Below, piece by piece: positions 1 to 10,098 of a stretch of DNA of 64,000 bases; within the stretch, counting starts at the first letter, position 1, and each line of letters opens with the position of its first letter. A program made the translations under genes and the position numbers. The notes beneath the pieces are model-generated. The model was not told where the DNA came from and searched no databases. It saw only the letters and a program-made list of their open reading frames with translations. This stretch comes from a virus (Duplodnaviria; Caudoviricetes), in the IMG/VR virus record IMGVR_UViG_3300002597_000001, positions 44,779 to 108,778 of that record; one strand, given 5' to 3'.

Positions 1-2
1 AT

Positions 3-167
3 TGCAAGGTCGATGATGCTAATGGAGACTATTTGAGCCACCGATGGATGGAGGCCGGAGAGGAAGCGTTCGACGTGCTTGAGATAACGAACTTCTCTCC
101 GGCAGAGGATGTTTGGAAGCGAATCGAGGAGGCCGAAGCGGCGCTGGGAGGTGATACCAATGTATGA
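3..167 (+). CDS. hypothetical protein, 5'-truncated by window edge
   Basis: Open frame 3 from the window start to TGA 165-167, overlapping the next ATG at 160. Confidence 0.5.
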   Translation, partial: CKVDDANGDYLSHRWMEAGEEAFDVLEITNFSPAEDVWKRIEEAEAALGGDTNV

Positions 168-405
168 GCTGTTATTCAGATCCAGCGACGGTTCTGAGCG
201 TATGATAGCGCAAGTGGAAAATGAGGGCAAAGCAACAGAATATATCCACGCTTTCTGCGAGGAGCGAGACTTTAAAATCTACTACACAAGAATGTGGACG
301 GAAGAAGACGGGCGAAAGTGGTTCGACGTAGGGAGTCACACGGAGTTCTTCATCTTGAGTCCTATACAAGACGTTGTTGGAGGTGGCGAGGATGAACAAA
401 AGTAA
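160..405 (+). CDS. hypothetical phage protein
   Basis: ATG at 160 after GGAGGTG RBS; lies within ORF 109..405. Confidence 0.7.
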   Translation: MYELLFRSSDGSERMIAQVENEGKATEYIHAFCEERDFKIYYTRMWTEEDGRKWFDVGSHTEFFILSPIQDVVGGGEDEQK

Positions 406-574
406 TCTCTGGTTGGCAATTGCCGGATACATAGTCGCATTGATGTATATTGGGTTGGGAATCCTGCAGGTCGTAGCTGATGAATTCCAGTATGGTTTTA
501 TCTTTGCAGTCGCGTGGATTGTTATTGGCTCAGTTTGGATGCGGCTTTATAAAAAATACAAAACAGATGTTTGA
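392..574 (+). CDS. small membrane protein (2 TM)
   Basis: GGAGG RBS; two hydrophobic segments. Confidence 0.65.
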   Translation: MNKSNLWLAIAGYIVALMYIGLGILQVVADEFQYGFIFAVAWIVIGSVWMRLYKKYKTDV

Positions 575-589
575 TGGAGGCGTAGGAAG

Positions 590-778
590 ATGAACACATG
601 GAAAGTATTTTTAGCAAACGCATTGGAGAATGTCGCTATCGCCATCTGTATAACTTGTGCAGCTATTCATTTTGAAAAATGGAGACTGCTTTGGTTCTTG
701 ATAATCATACTGCTTAATTCCGTCACGACGACAAACTATAAGGTATCAAAAGTCAGAGGAGGTGATGAACATCAGTAA
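590..778 (+). CDS. small membrane protein
   Basis: GGAGG RBS; hydrophobic stretches. Confidence 0.6.
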   Translation: MNTWKVFLANALENVAIAICITCAAIHFEKWRLLWFLIIILLNSVTTTNYKVSKVRGGDEHQ

Positions 779-1592
779 ATGGGTTTGCGAATCTTGTATT
801 TATTACCCGCCGAGTTCAGCAAATGGGAAGCCATGCACCCAGTGCAACCCTGACGATCCGTTCTGGAGTTGTTATAGCGAAAAATCGAGCAATCTGAGCC
901 AGATGGATATTGTTTACTTCGTTAAAGAAGAACCAATCAACGAAGAACTGCGATACTCTCTAAGGTCTGTAGAAAAGAACTTCCCGCACCGGAGGGTATG
1001 GTTCTACGGCGGATGCCCCGATGATTTACAGCCAGACAGATGGGCCCATATCAAACAGAACGCCAGAAGCAAATGGGGAAACACATCTGGGCTCTTGAGA
1101 AACGCTTGTGCCAACGAAGGAATCTCTGAGAACTTTGTGCTGTTCAATGACGATTTCTTCGCGATGAGGCCAGTGAATTCTTTGTCATACTACTCTGACG
1201 GGCCGCTGGAGGACAGGATTAGAGAACTATGGTCTCATCATCCAACTGGTTCAGTCTATACAACCAGATTGCAACTCACAAAGAAGATGCTGATGCGGGA
1301 ACAGCTTCCTACTGAGAACTATGCCATGCATATTCCGATGATTATCAATCGCCGTGAGATGCAAGAGACGTTCAAGAAATTTCCCGACGGCGAGATGTGG
1401 CGGTCTTTGTATGGCAACCATCACAATAAGCCGGTGGAGTACATGAAGGACTGTAAAATCTATAGCCGAGACGAGATGCCGCCCACAGACACGCCGTTTC
1501 TCTCCACGACAGACGCAAGTTTCCTATATGGGAAAGTCGGCGAGTACATCAGAGAGAGATTCCCGAAGCCAAGCAGATTCGAGGAGGTGTGA
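762..1592 (+). CDS. Stealth-family-like (sugar-1-phosphotransferase-like) protein with N-terminal Cys-rich segment
   Basis: Motifs MDIVY, EELRYSLRSVEKN, ISENFVLFNDDFF and HIPM resemble Stealth CR1/CR2/CR3; CxxC...CxxC at the N-terminus. Confidence 0.7.
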   Translation: MMNISKWVCESCIYYPPSSANGKPCTQCNPDDPFWSCYSEKSSNLSQMDIVYFVKEEPINEELRYSLRSVEKNFPHRRVWFYGGCPDDLQPDRWAHIKQNARSKWGNTSGLLRNACANEGISENFVLFNDDFFAMRPVNSLSYYSDGPLEDRIRELWSHHPTGSVYTTRLQLTKKMLMREQLPTENYAMHIPMIINRREMQETFKKFPDGEMWRSLYGNHHNKPVEYMKDCKIYSRDEMPPTDTPFLSTTDASFLYGKVGEYIRERFPKPSRFEEV

Positions 1593-1918
1593 ACATAGAC
1601 ATCAAGACTAATATCTTTGATAAAGAAGAGCTACATACAAATTGCACAGTTCAGATACTTTCGAACTCGGCCACGGGGGAAGTTTCCGTTGGCTGGTGGG
1701 AGAATCCAGGGTGGGTTAGAGTGGAAGACCAGCTCCCCGAGATGGGCAAACATGTACTAGTGATGTTTGACGCAGGAGATATGGCCGTAGCGTTTGTATT
1801 TGAACGGGATGAGTACTGGTCATACTGGAGAGCAGTCACTGATGATGGTTGGACAGCAGATTGTGATTGCGAGCCAATCTGGTGGATGCCATTACCAGAA
1901 CCGCCAGAGGAGAGATAA
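1589..1918 (+). CDS. DUF551-like phage protein
   Basis: WVRVEDQLPE...WMPLPEPP signature. Confidence 0.75.
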   Translation: MNIDIKTNIFDKEELHTNCTVQILSNSATGEVSVGWWENPGWVRVEDQLPEMGKHVLVMFDAGDMAVAFVFERDEYWSYWRAVTDDGWTADCDCEPIWWMPLPEPPEER

Positions 1919-1941
1919 TGTCACAGTTTGTTTACATTTAT

Positions 1942-1985
1942 ATCTCATTTGACCTATTGACGAAACACGAAAGATGTGATATATT
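1942..1985 (+). promoter_or_regulatory. sigma-A-type promoter with conserved upstream motif
   Basis: TTGACG(1957)-17 bp-TATATT(1980) with TGn extension; upstream ATCTCATTTGACCTATTGAC is shared with the promoter at 20316. Confidence 0.75.
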
Positions 1986-2041
1986 ATACGCAGGAAACCT
2001 CATATAGCCTATACAGAATCAAAGATAAAGGAGGAATGCAA

Positions 2042-2464
2042 ATGGGTTTTCGTACAGGAGCTTATGCAACAGTTTGGGAGGTGACTCCTGAGAAGGAATT
2101 TAGCACGAAGTTGCAGATTTCGATCAGTCGGAAGAATAAGGACGGCGAATACGAACAGGACTTCTCTGGATTTGTGTATGCCAATGGAACCGGCGCGGCG
2201 AAGAAGGCAGCGCAGCTTCAGAAGCAGGATCGTATTCGGCTTGGTGATGTGGATGTGACCACAACCTACAATAAAGAAAAGAAGGTTACCTATACAAATT
2301 ATAAGGTATACAGCTTCGCCACATCGGATGACGAGAGGTTCAATCTCGGCGCAAAGGAGTTTGTCGCGGCGATCAATAACAACTCTCAGAGCACTGCTGC
2401 CAAGCCCGCAAGCAAGCCCGTGAATGTAGAACCGGAAGTTTCCACAGAAGATGTGCCATGGTGA
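2042..2464 (+). CDS. ssb: single-stranded DNA-binding protein
   Basis: OB-fold-like sequence with acidic C-terminal tail EDVPW; AAGGAGG RBS. Confidence 0.75.
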   Translation: MGFRTGAYATVWEVTPEKEFSTKLQISISRKNKDGEYEQDFSGFVYANGTGAAKKAAQLQKQDRIRLGDVDVTTTYNKEKKVTYTNYKVYSFATSDDERFNLGAKEFVAAINNNSQSTAAKPASKPVNVEPEVSTEDVPW

Positions 2465-3330
2465 GACACGGAGAATCAAAAACAAAGCTCCACAATGTAT
2501 GGAATTCAATGATCATGAGGTGTCATAACCCAAATTCCACTGCTTATGCGCACTACGGAGGAAGGGGTATATCCGTATGTGAGGAGTGGAGAGAATATTT
2601 GCCATTTGCTGAATGGGCTAAATCGAACGGATATCACGAAGGGTTAACAATAGATCGTATAGATGCAAATGGCGATTATTGCCCAGAAAACTGTAGGTGG
2701 GCCACGTTTAAAGAACAGGCAAATAACAAAACTAATAATCGATACATCACATATTTAGGTGAAACCAAGACGATGTCTCAGTGGAGCGAAATAGTAGGCG
2801 TAGATCCAGGAACTATAGCTTTTAGGCTAGATAATGGTTGGAGCGTTGAAAAAGCTTTGACAACCACACCTCAACACACAGATATAACGTATCGTGGCAA
2901 AACAATGTCTGCCGAAGCTTGGGGGAAAGAAATTGGAATCTCCCCAACAACATTGAGGGGTAGAATGTTACTGGGGTGGAGCGATGATGCTATCATCGAG
3001 ACTCCTCCAATGTTCAAACAAGAGGTTGAATACGGCGGGCAGGAAAAACAGGTGTCAGCATGGGCTAGAGCTGTGGGAATGAATCCACAGACACTTTGGA
3101 GCAGATTGCGCAAAGGGACCAGCCTTGAAATTGCGCTTACAACTCCTGTGCAACCCACAACGCACGTCCTCACTACGTCGGACGGAGAATCCCACACGGT
3201 TACTGAGTGGAGTAAGATCAGTAATGTAGACCGCCATACTATTCGAAACAGGCTCAAACGAGGGTGGACTATTGACGAAGCTGTAAGAACGCCTGGGAGA
3301 AAGTCAAAAGATGGTGAATCGGATGAATAA
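2458..3330 (+). CDS. free-standing HNH homing endonuclease with four C-terminal DNA-binding repeats
   Basis: YGGRGI..C..W, TIDRID.NGDYCPENCRWAT...QANN; four repeats of ITYxG.T.T...W....G....T...RL..GW. Confidence 0.85.
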   Translation: MVRHGESKTKLHNVWNSMIMRCHNPNSTAYAHYGGRGISVCEEWREYLPFAEWAKSNGYHEGLTIDRIDANGDYCPENCRWATFKEQANNKTNNRYITYLGETKTMSQWSEIVGVDPGTIAFRLDNGWSVEKALTTTPQHTDITYRGKTMSAEAWGKEIGISPTTLRGRMLLGWSDDAIIETPPMFKQEVEYGGQEKQVSAWARAVGMNPQTLWSRLRKGTSLEIALTTPVQPTTHVLTTSDGESHTVTEWSKISNVDRHTIRNRLKRGWTIDEAVRTPGRKSKDGESDE

Positions 3331-4081
3331 TACAAAAGAATGTTATTCGTTTAGTCGCCTTTCGTCTTTCGAAAATTGCCCATATGGATACTACGAAAGA
3401 TATATAGGACATAAACCAAGTCAGAACAACAGCTTCGCCGAATTTGGATCGTATTGTCATTCACTGTTTGAAGCCTATGCCAAAGGAGAATATGAGCTCG
3501 ACAGTTTAGCTGATATCTATGAGTTCGGATACTCGGATGCCATTACATGCAAATGGCCTAACAATCGTTTTGTTGACCTTGAATCTAGCTACTACAACGC
3601 CGGGAAGAAATTCTTTGAGGAGTGGGAGGGGTATGACGACTCCTACCACATCCTCGGAGTGGAAGAGGAGTTCACGATTCAGATAGCCGATTTCGATATG
3701 ACAGGATTCCTTGACCTTGTATACGAAAGAGACTCCAAACTGATCATCCGGGACTACAAATCCAAGGGCGAGATTAAGAAGACGGAGCAACAGCACTACG
3801 CTCGGCAACTCTACATATATTCTGCCTACGTCAAGGAGAAATACGGGAGGTTCCCAGACAAGATCGAGTTCTTCTGCTTCAGAAAAAACCACGTCTTGGA
3901 GATTCCGTTCTGTATGGAAGATTATTGCGAGGCTATCCAGTGGGCAATTGATATGGTGGCGAAGATACGGAATGAATGGGAGTTTAACAAGACGCCATCG
4001 CAATTTTTCTGCTTGAATTTATGCAATGTCCGTGGCGAATGTCCCTACGGAAAGTATTGGAGGTGGATGAAAAATAAATAG
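3323..4081 (+). CDS. PD-(D/E)XK (RecB/Cas4-like) exonuclease
   Basis: SFSRL...CP, GFLDL..IRDYKS, QLYIY and a C-terminal CxxxC...C cluster. Confidence 0.85.
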   Translation: MNNTKECYSFSRLSSFENCPYGYYERYIGHKPSQNNSFAEFGSYCHSLFEAYAKGEYELDSLADIYEFGYSDAITCKWPNNRFVDLESSYYNAGKKFFEEWEGYDDSYHILGVEEEFTIQIADFDMTGFLDLVYERDSKLIIRDYKSKGEIKKTEQQHYARQLYIYSAYVKEKYGRFPDKIEFFCFRKNHVLEIPFCMEDYCEAIQWAIDMVAKIRNEWEFNKTPSQFFCLNLCNVRGECPYGKYWRWMKNK

Positions 4082-4112
4082 AGAACAGAGACGTGCTATC
4101 GAGAGGAAAACC

Positions 4113-4433
4113 ATGAAAGAGCAGAACATTTCTCGTAGCACAGCCAAGAAACTAGTGTATCTTTCTGAGCTGCGAGATAAAGCCAATGCCCCAGAGATCC
4201 CAGATGGAACGGCGGTTAAGATTGACGCCGCCAGAATCCTAGCGAACCACGGAAATAAGCTGACCAACTACTTGACATATGTCAAGGAGCATCGGGGAGA
4301 GGTATTCCATGTGAGTCGGGATGACCCGAAAGCAAATAATGCCATGGTGGTACTTACCGAGGACAAGACTCCGGTGAAGTGGTTATGGCACACTAGCGAT
4401 TTGATTGTAGTAAAGGAGGGAAATGATGTATAG
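4113..4433 (+). CDS. hypothetical protein
   Basis: GAGG RBS; co-directional with the operon. Confidence 0.65.
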   Translation: MKEQNISRSTAKKLVYLSELRDKANAPEIPDGTAVKIDAARILANHGNKLTNYLTYVKEHRGEVFHVSRDDPKANNAMVVLTEDKTPVKWLWHTSDLIVVKEGNDV

Positions 4434-4531
4434 CGGAACTGCAACGCTCTTTTTCTTCATACTCGGGGTGATTTTTGGAATTATTGCGCACAAACTGTAT
4501 TCTGAAACGAATGATGATGGCGGTGATTGGA

Positions 4532-4888
4532 TTGAATGATATCAAAGTTACGCTCCCGCCAATCAATAGATGGAAAGAAAATATCATCTATGCCGTGGAT
4601 TTTGACGGGACGCTTTGTTCAAAGATGTGGCCTATCATCGGGAGCCCAAATCTGGCATTGATTTCCGATTTAATTCTAGCCAGAGAGCTTGGAGATAAGG
4701 TGATTCTCTGGACCATGCGGGAGGGTCAATTGCTGGAAGAAGCAGTTGAATGGTGCATGGAATACGGGCTGGAATTCGACGCCGTGAACGACAACCTCCA
4801 GGAACAGCAGGAACTATACGGTAACAACCCAAGAAAGATTTATGCGGATGTATACATAGATGATCATAACGCATGGATGGAGTGGTAA
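4532..4888 (+). CDS. HAD-superfamily hydrolase
   Basis: AVDFDGTL, LWTMR and RKIYADVYIDD motifs; probable TTG start. Confidence 0.8.
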   Translation: MNDIKVTLPPINRWKENIIYAVDFDGTLCSKMWPIIGSPNLALISDLILARELGDKVILWTMREGQLLEEAVEWCMEYGLEFDAVNDNLQEQQELYGNNPRKIYADVYIDDHNAWMEW

Positions 4889-4903
4889 GTATGAAAACGA
4901 TGT

Positions 4904-5308
4904 TTGGTGGGTGGTAATTTGAGGACGAATCTTCTCGAAGAAACAAAAGCAACGCTGGCCGAGTACAACCTTGATCTCAAGGATGTTAGCTGGGTTGGAA
5001 TTGGTTTGTACCGCATCCCGTGGGAGGTATTTCGTCGGGTTGCTGACCAGTTCTATGACAATGGTTATGGCGGTGCTGAGGTGAACGAAAACCTAATCGT
5101 GTGCGGCGATGATTGGTGGCTTGAACGCCATGAATATGACGGATCTGAATGGTGGGAGTATAAGACGATGCCAGTGAAACCCGAGTTAGAGCTGGAACGC
5201 CCAGAACTACATATATTCCCAAGCTTCCACCGTAGATTCTATTTTAATTACGATTCTCCGAATGCCGAGATGGAGTTCAAATCCATCTGCTCAGATGAAG
5301 ATGAATAA
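4904..5308 (+). CDS. hypothetical phage protein
   Basis: WWLERHEYDGSEWW motif; operon context. Confidence 0.65.
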   Translation: MVGGNLRTNLLEETKATLAEYNLDLKDVSWVGIGLYRIPWEVFRRVADQFYDNGYGGAEVNENLIVCGDDWWLERHEYDGSEWWEYKTMPVKPELELERPELHIFPSFHRRFYFNYDSPNAEMEFKSICSDEDE

Positions 5309-5336
5309 TAAAAGACTTATTTGATAAAGGAGATGA

Positions 5337-5543
5337 TTGCTATTGGCAGTGACGTTGTTTTCGACTGGGTGCCCTAAGTGTAATGTCCTAAAGCAGAAAC
5401 TTGATGAAAGTGGCGTCCAGTACGAGGTTTGCTCTGATACGGACAAGATGATGGAACTTGGCTTTTTGGCTGCACCGATCCTCGAAGTGGACGGCAATTA
5501 TATGGAGTTCTCCGAAGCGATTAAATGGGTTAATGCCCAGTAA
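5337..5543 (+). CDS. nrdH: glutaredoxin-like (NrdH-type) protein
   Basis: CPKC redox motif and P.LEVDG; directly upstream of nrdD. Confidence 0.75.
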   Translation: MLLAVTLFSTGCPKCNVLKQKLDESGVQYEVCSDTDKMMELGFLAAPILEVDGNYMEFSEAIKWVNAQ

Positions 5544-5554
5544 GGAGGAATGAG

Positions 5555-7409
5555 ATGGAAGTTAATATCCGGTTGAATAAGAATTTTACAACGCAGTACA
5601 ACAAACTACAGGCTGAGTTCGGTACAGAGATAGCGGCGATTAATGGGTTTGATGACGGGCAGCTTTCCTATACGGATTTCATAGATAATTTTGCGGCTAA
5701 GGATGTTGTTGCAGATGCGAGCATTGACGGGAATTCCAATGTATCACATAAGGACATCGTCACGCTGGAACGAGAAATGTCCAAGCCTCACGAAAAGCTG
5801 ATTGCGTTCAGTAAAATCTATCAGGAGATCCAGGACAAATACGGATTCAAAGCCGCTAATGAGTGGTTGCGACTGGAGTGGATCGGCGCTCTGTATCTGC
5901 ATGATGCCAGTACCAGCACCCTCAAGAGCTATTGTTTTGCCTATGATTTGAAGGATCTTGCTGAGAAGGGAATGTACTTCGAAGAAGGTCGGAACGCAAA
6001 ACCGGCACAGCACTTGATCACATTTGTGGATTTTGTGAAAGAATTTGTCAGCTTCACATCCAACCGTACAAGCGGAGCCGTGGGACTCCCGAATCTCATT
6101 CCCTATATGTTCTACTTCTGGAAGAAGGATATTACAGAAGGATATATGGGACTGACGGAAGAGATGGGGGAGCGGTACGCAAAAAGCAATATCCAGAGAT
6201 TCATCTATGCAGTCAATCAAAGCCACTGCCGCGATGGTTCGCAATCGGCCTTTACGAATACTTCGATTTTCGACCATCCTTATTTTGAAGCGCTGTTCGG
6301 CGGGGCAGTATTTCCAGACGGATCATTCATGATCGACTACGAGGAGGAGATCATTGAATTCCAAAAATGGTATCTGGAAGAAATGGCGGCAATCCATTCG
6401 GAAAACATGTTCACGTTCCCTGTTAATTCTATCAGTCTTCTCCGGCAGAACGGGAAATTTGTAGATGAGGAATTTGCCAAATATGCTGTGCGACACAATA
6501 TGGAATGGTCTGATTCAAATCTCTTTGTGGACAGTTCTGTTAACAGTTTGAGTAACTGCTGTAGACTCAAGTCCAATATCCAAGACCTCGGCTATTTCAA
6601 CAGTATTGGCGGAACGGCGCTCAAGGTCGGTTCTGTAAAGGTGAATACTGTGAATCTCGCAAGAATCGCGCTGGATTGCACAACTGAAGAGGAATATCTG
6701 GACGAGCTTTATCACAGGACGACTGTCTGCCTCCGCGCTCTGGATGTGGTCAGGAGCATCATCCGCAGTAATGTCAGGAAGGGGCTCCTCCCGAATTTCT
6801 CCAAGGGCCTCATTGATTTCGAGCACCTTTATAATACAGTGGGCTTCCTGGGTATCTATGAGACAATGAAGAAATTCGGATATACCAAGGTCGATCCGTT
6901 TGGAAATACATACTACACGCCGCTGGCGTCTACTTTCGGTCAGAAGATTTTCCAGACGATGCGGAAAGCAGCAGACGATTTTATCGCAGCAGATCCCACG
7001 GTGGATTACCAAATCAACACCGAACAGATCCCAGGCGAATCAGCGGCTGCGAAGCTGATGAAAAAGGACAAGTTCTTCTATCCTGACGCCAACATCTACG
7101 ATTTGCCGTTGTATGGAAACCAGTTCATTCCGCTGGGGATCCAGACCACGTTACAGGAACGTGTGCGGATCGCCGCCGAGTTCGACGGCTACTGCAACGG
7201 AGGCTCGATCCTCCATGCCAATATCGACGCGCCGTTTGACAGTTTTGAGAAGGCGTGGAAGATGGTAAACTACATCGCTGATGCCGGTGTAACGTATTTC
7301 GCATTCAATACCAAAATTCAGTCGTGCGAAGACAACCATGCGTTCTACGGAGATACTTGCCCAGTGTGCGGGAAACCTGTAGATGCGGAGTTCACGAGGA
7401 TCGTAGGGT
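5555..7409 (+). CDS. nrdD: anaerobic ribonucleotide reductase NrdD, exon 1 (spliced product 650 aa, no ATP cone)
   Basis: SNCCRL, NLARIA, EQIPGES, CxxH/CPVC Zn site; ends at TRIVG. Confidence 0.93.
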
Positions 7410-8534
7410 AAAGTGGTGTACTGCCCAATGCTTTGGCAACAAGGTAACGCGATCTAAAACAAGAAACCTCGAATATGCGGGGACCCCCTTAGAGACTTCA
7501 ATACTAACCCACAGGGAAACCGAGTGGCGGCGGAACTAATCACTCCGGGACAGTAATAAGTTGAAGTATTGGGAAATCCGCAGGCATAGCTGAAATGCGA
7601 TGGCCCCAACGACTACCAAGAGGCGTCCGATCACGGACGAAGGTATAGTCTATTCCGATTAGAAATAAGGAGAAATACATATGACTAATAGAGAAGATTT
7701 CACAGGACAGATATTTGGCAAAAGAAAAGTAATTCGTAATTATTGTGTTGAAGAAGATTGGATTAATATTGGAAAGCCGATACCGAATGATATCCGCAAG
7801 TACAGATTGTCAGAATGCCTGAACTGCGGCGCAAAAGTTCCAGTGCTTATGAAAAACCTCTTTGAGCGCCCTCCAAAAAGGTGTTGTTTTTGCTCCAATA
7901 TTCGGAATACCAGTACGACAATTCAGTCTTCCACAAATACTTGGACATTGTATGACGATTATGCGGCTGTCAATGTTACTTATAAAGATGGCGTCGTGAC
8001 CGGATACGTCAGTAAAGAAGATTATGAGGATGTTTCAAATCGTATGTGGCGGGTAAGCAAAAAGAAGAACAAATATTATTTGCTCAGTGGCTCCAAATAC
8101 AAAGACGATGTCATCTATCTGCACAGATTTATCCTACGAGATAAGGAAATCCTGTCTGGGCACGAAGTTGATCACATTGATGGGAATTCGCTGAATAACC
8201 GCCGAGAAAATCTTCGGGTTGTAACGAGGCTTGAGAACATACAAAATGTGTCTCAACGAATCGATAACCAGATTGGAATCAGAGGTATTGCGCCGGATGG
8301 GCGTGGTAAATACACGGTGGATTTTTCTCATAATAATAAACGGTATTACTTTAAGCCATGGGACACATTGGCCGAAGCCGTCTGCTGCCGAGGTGTTTTG
8401 GAAGATTACTTCGGTCTTGAAATGATTAGGCGAAATCCAAAAGCGCAGGCAGTTGACGTTCTGCCTCTATGTCAGGTAAGTGAAATCAAACAATATGTAT
8501 TATCCAAAATATCGTGAAAGCGACGGTATTAAAG
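7410..8534 (+). mobile_element. group I intron in nrdD carrying an HNH endonuclease
   Basis: Exon ends in U7409 with P1 GGGU/GCCC (U.G pair); core AATCCGCAG, CAACGACTA, AAGGTATAGTCT; omega-G 8534; splicing restores RIVG-F-YTRVSTW. Confidence 0.92.
7681..8517 (+). CDS. intron-encoded HNH homing endonuclease (AP2-like C-terminus)
   Basis: YLHRFI..EVDHIDGNSLNNRRENLR..T..EN; AAGGAG RBS; located 3' of the intron core. Confidence 0.88.
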   Translation: MTNREDFTGQIFGKRKVIRNYCVEEDWINIGKPIPNDIRKYRLSECLNCGAKVPVLMKNLFERPPKRCCFCSNIRNTSTTIQSSTNTWTLYDDYAAVNVTYKDGVVTGYVSKEDYEDVSNRMWRVSKKKNKYYLLSGSKYKDDVIYLHRFILRDKEILSGHEVDHIDGNSLNNRRENLRVVTRLENIQNVSQRIDNQIGIRGIAPDGRGKYTVDFSHNNKRYYFKPWDTLAEAVCCRGVLEDYFGLEMIRRNPKAQAVDVLPLCQVSEIKQYVLSKIS

Positions 8535-8632
8535 TTTACACCAGAGTTAGCACATGGTCCAGCGAGAGAGCTGACGAATACAAGCTCCGTCGCTGGGAGG
8601 AGATCAACGCGACTGCGGAGAAGATCGAATGA
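8535..8632 (+). CDS. nrdD: NrdD exon 2
   Basis: (F)YTRVSTWSSERADEYKLRRWEEINATAEKIE*; stop overlaps the nrdG start (ATGA). Confidence 0.9.
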
Positions 8633-9105
8633 AATTAAAGGGCATTATTTTTGAGGACTTCGTCAACTACAAAAAGCCATGCATGACCCTTGAGTTCCCA
8701 AACTGCTCATTCAAATGCGACAAGGAGGCAGGGGTGCCAGTTTGCCAGAACAGTGAACTGGCCTCCGCGCCAACGCGAGAGTTTGACGTTCACGATATTT
8801 GCGAGGCGTATCTCTCCAACGATATAACAAGTGCAATCTGTTTACAGGGGCTTGAGCCGCTTGACAGCATTGGAGATGTAATGTCTCTGGTCTGGGCAAT
8901 GCGCAAGCATTATAACTGCCATGATGATATTGTGATTTATACAGGATACAACGAGTATGAAATTAGCTCAGAGCTCCTCCTACTGTCTAAATATGACAAT
9001 ATCATCGTGAAGTTTGGGCGCTTTATTCCTAACAGACCACATATCTATGACGAAGTTCTCGGCGTTGAGCTTTCGTCAGATAATCAGTATGCGAGGAGGT
9101 TATAA
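8629..9105 (+). CDS. nrdG: anaerobic RNR activating radical-SAM protein
   Basis: CxxxC...CQN variant cluster, GLEP, IYTGY, KFGRF, SDNQ. Confidence 0.85.
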   Translation: MKLKGIIFEDFVNYKKPCMTLEFPNCSFKCDKEAGVPVCQNSELASAPTREFDVHDICEAYLSNDITSAICLQGLEPLDSIGDVMSLVWAMRKHYNCHDDIVIYTGYNEYEISSELLLLSKYDNIIVKFGRFIPNRPHIYDEVLGVELSSDNQYARRL

Positions 9106-9390
9106 ATGACCATTTGTTCGGGCAAATATGAGCGCCATCCGTCTTATACGGTAGCCGACATTCTCACCGGAACGCCCCCAATCGATCTCATAATGGTCCG
9201 CACTAACGACCATAATGGCGGTGACATGTTGTTTGGTTACTGCCAGTGGGACGGGGAGAGGTTGATCCCGCTTGACGGAGATGATTACCGCATGGATGAA
9301 TGCGTTATGAAACATGAGTATCCTTTTTGCGGACCAGTCGATCTGATTTACTGGATTCACTCTAACTGGACTGTGGAGGAAGAAACATGA
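9106..9390 (+). CDS. hypothetical protein
   Basis: AGGAGG RBS; abuts nrdG. Confidence 0.6.
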   Translation: MTICSGKYERHPSYTVADILTGTPPIDLIMVRTNDHNGGDMLFGYCQWDGERLIPLDGDDYRMDECVMKHEYPFCGPVDLIYWIHSNWTVEEET

Positions 9391-9683
9391 TTATTATTGA
9401 GACGTGCCCAAGGTGTGGTGGAGATTTACGAGACGAGGTAATTGCAACATACCCTCCGGTCCCGAGAAAGTCCTGCCCAAAATGCGGCTGGTTTTGGGAA
9501 GGTGTGAGGGAACGGGTGATGAGAGTACCATTCAGAGAACCAGGTGTTCCTTATATGGAGGCTCCTACAGCGATATCTAGCCTAAATGTATCAACGCCTC
9601 CGTGTGCGACCTGCGGATCAAATCCGAAGAATGGCGGCTCTGGGAACTGTCATTGTATTCTTGGGACACCGACTATTACATAA
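9387..9683 (+). CDS. Zn-ribbon hypothetical protein
   Basis: CPRC/CPKC/CATC motifs; ATGA overlap. Confidence 0.65.
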   Translation: MIIIETCPRCGGDLRDEVIATYPPVPRKSCPKCGWFWEGVRERVMRVPFREPGVPYMEAPTAISSLNVSTPPCATCGSNPKNGGSGNCHCILGTPTIT

Positions 9684-9696
9684 AAGGAGGTCAGAT

Positions 9697-10098
9697 ATGG
9701 CTATAATTTTGAAAGAAAAGAGTATGAATGAGTGTCTCTGCCAGAAATGCGGCAGCACGATTGGATATACGGATGACGATATATGTATGGCAAAAGACGA
9801 CTATGGAAAGACCGGGCAGGGACTAGAATGCCCGAAGTGTGGCAGTATTATCTTGGTCAAAGAAATGGCACAGGATGAGTGGCCGGAAGCCTTTTATCAC
9901 TTCGGAGACGGGGTTCATCTTACCGACCAGGAAATTCAGCGATATGTTGACGAATGCATACGCAAGTTGCGTAACGGCGAGACAGATTATACATATGTTG
10001 GATCCGGTGACACATTCGTTATGGCAAGTTGGGATGGTGGGGATATCGTCGTTCGTGTTTGCCGTGACTATTACGAGGCGTATGTATATGGGACTTGA
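9697..10098 (+). CDS. Zn-ribbon hypothetical protein
   Basis: AGGAGG RBS before ATG 9697; CQKC...CPKC. Confidence 0.65.
   Translation: MAIILKEKSMNECLCQKCGSTIGYTDDDICMAKDDYGKTGQGLECPKCGSIILVKEMAQDEWPEAFYHFGDGVHLTDQEIQRYVDECIRKLRNGETDYTYVGSGDTFVMASWDGGDIVVRVCRDYYEAYVYGT

Noticed and set aside
3323-4081. Cas4-like protein as a sign of a CRISPR system
   Set aside because: Common stand-alone phage exonuclease next to ssb; no array in the window
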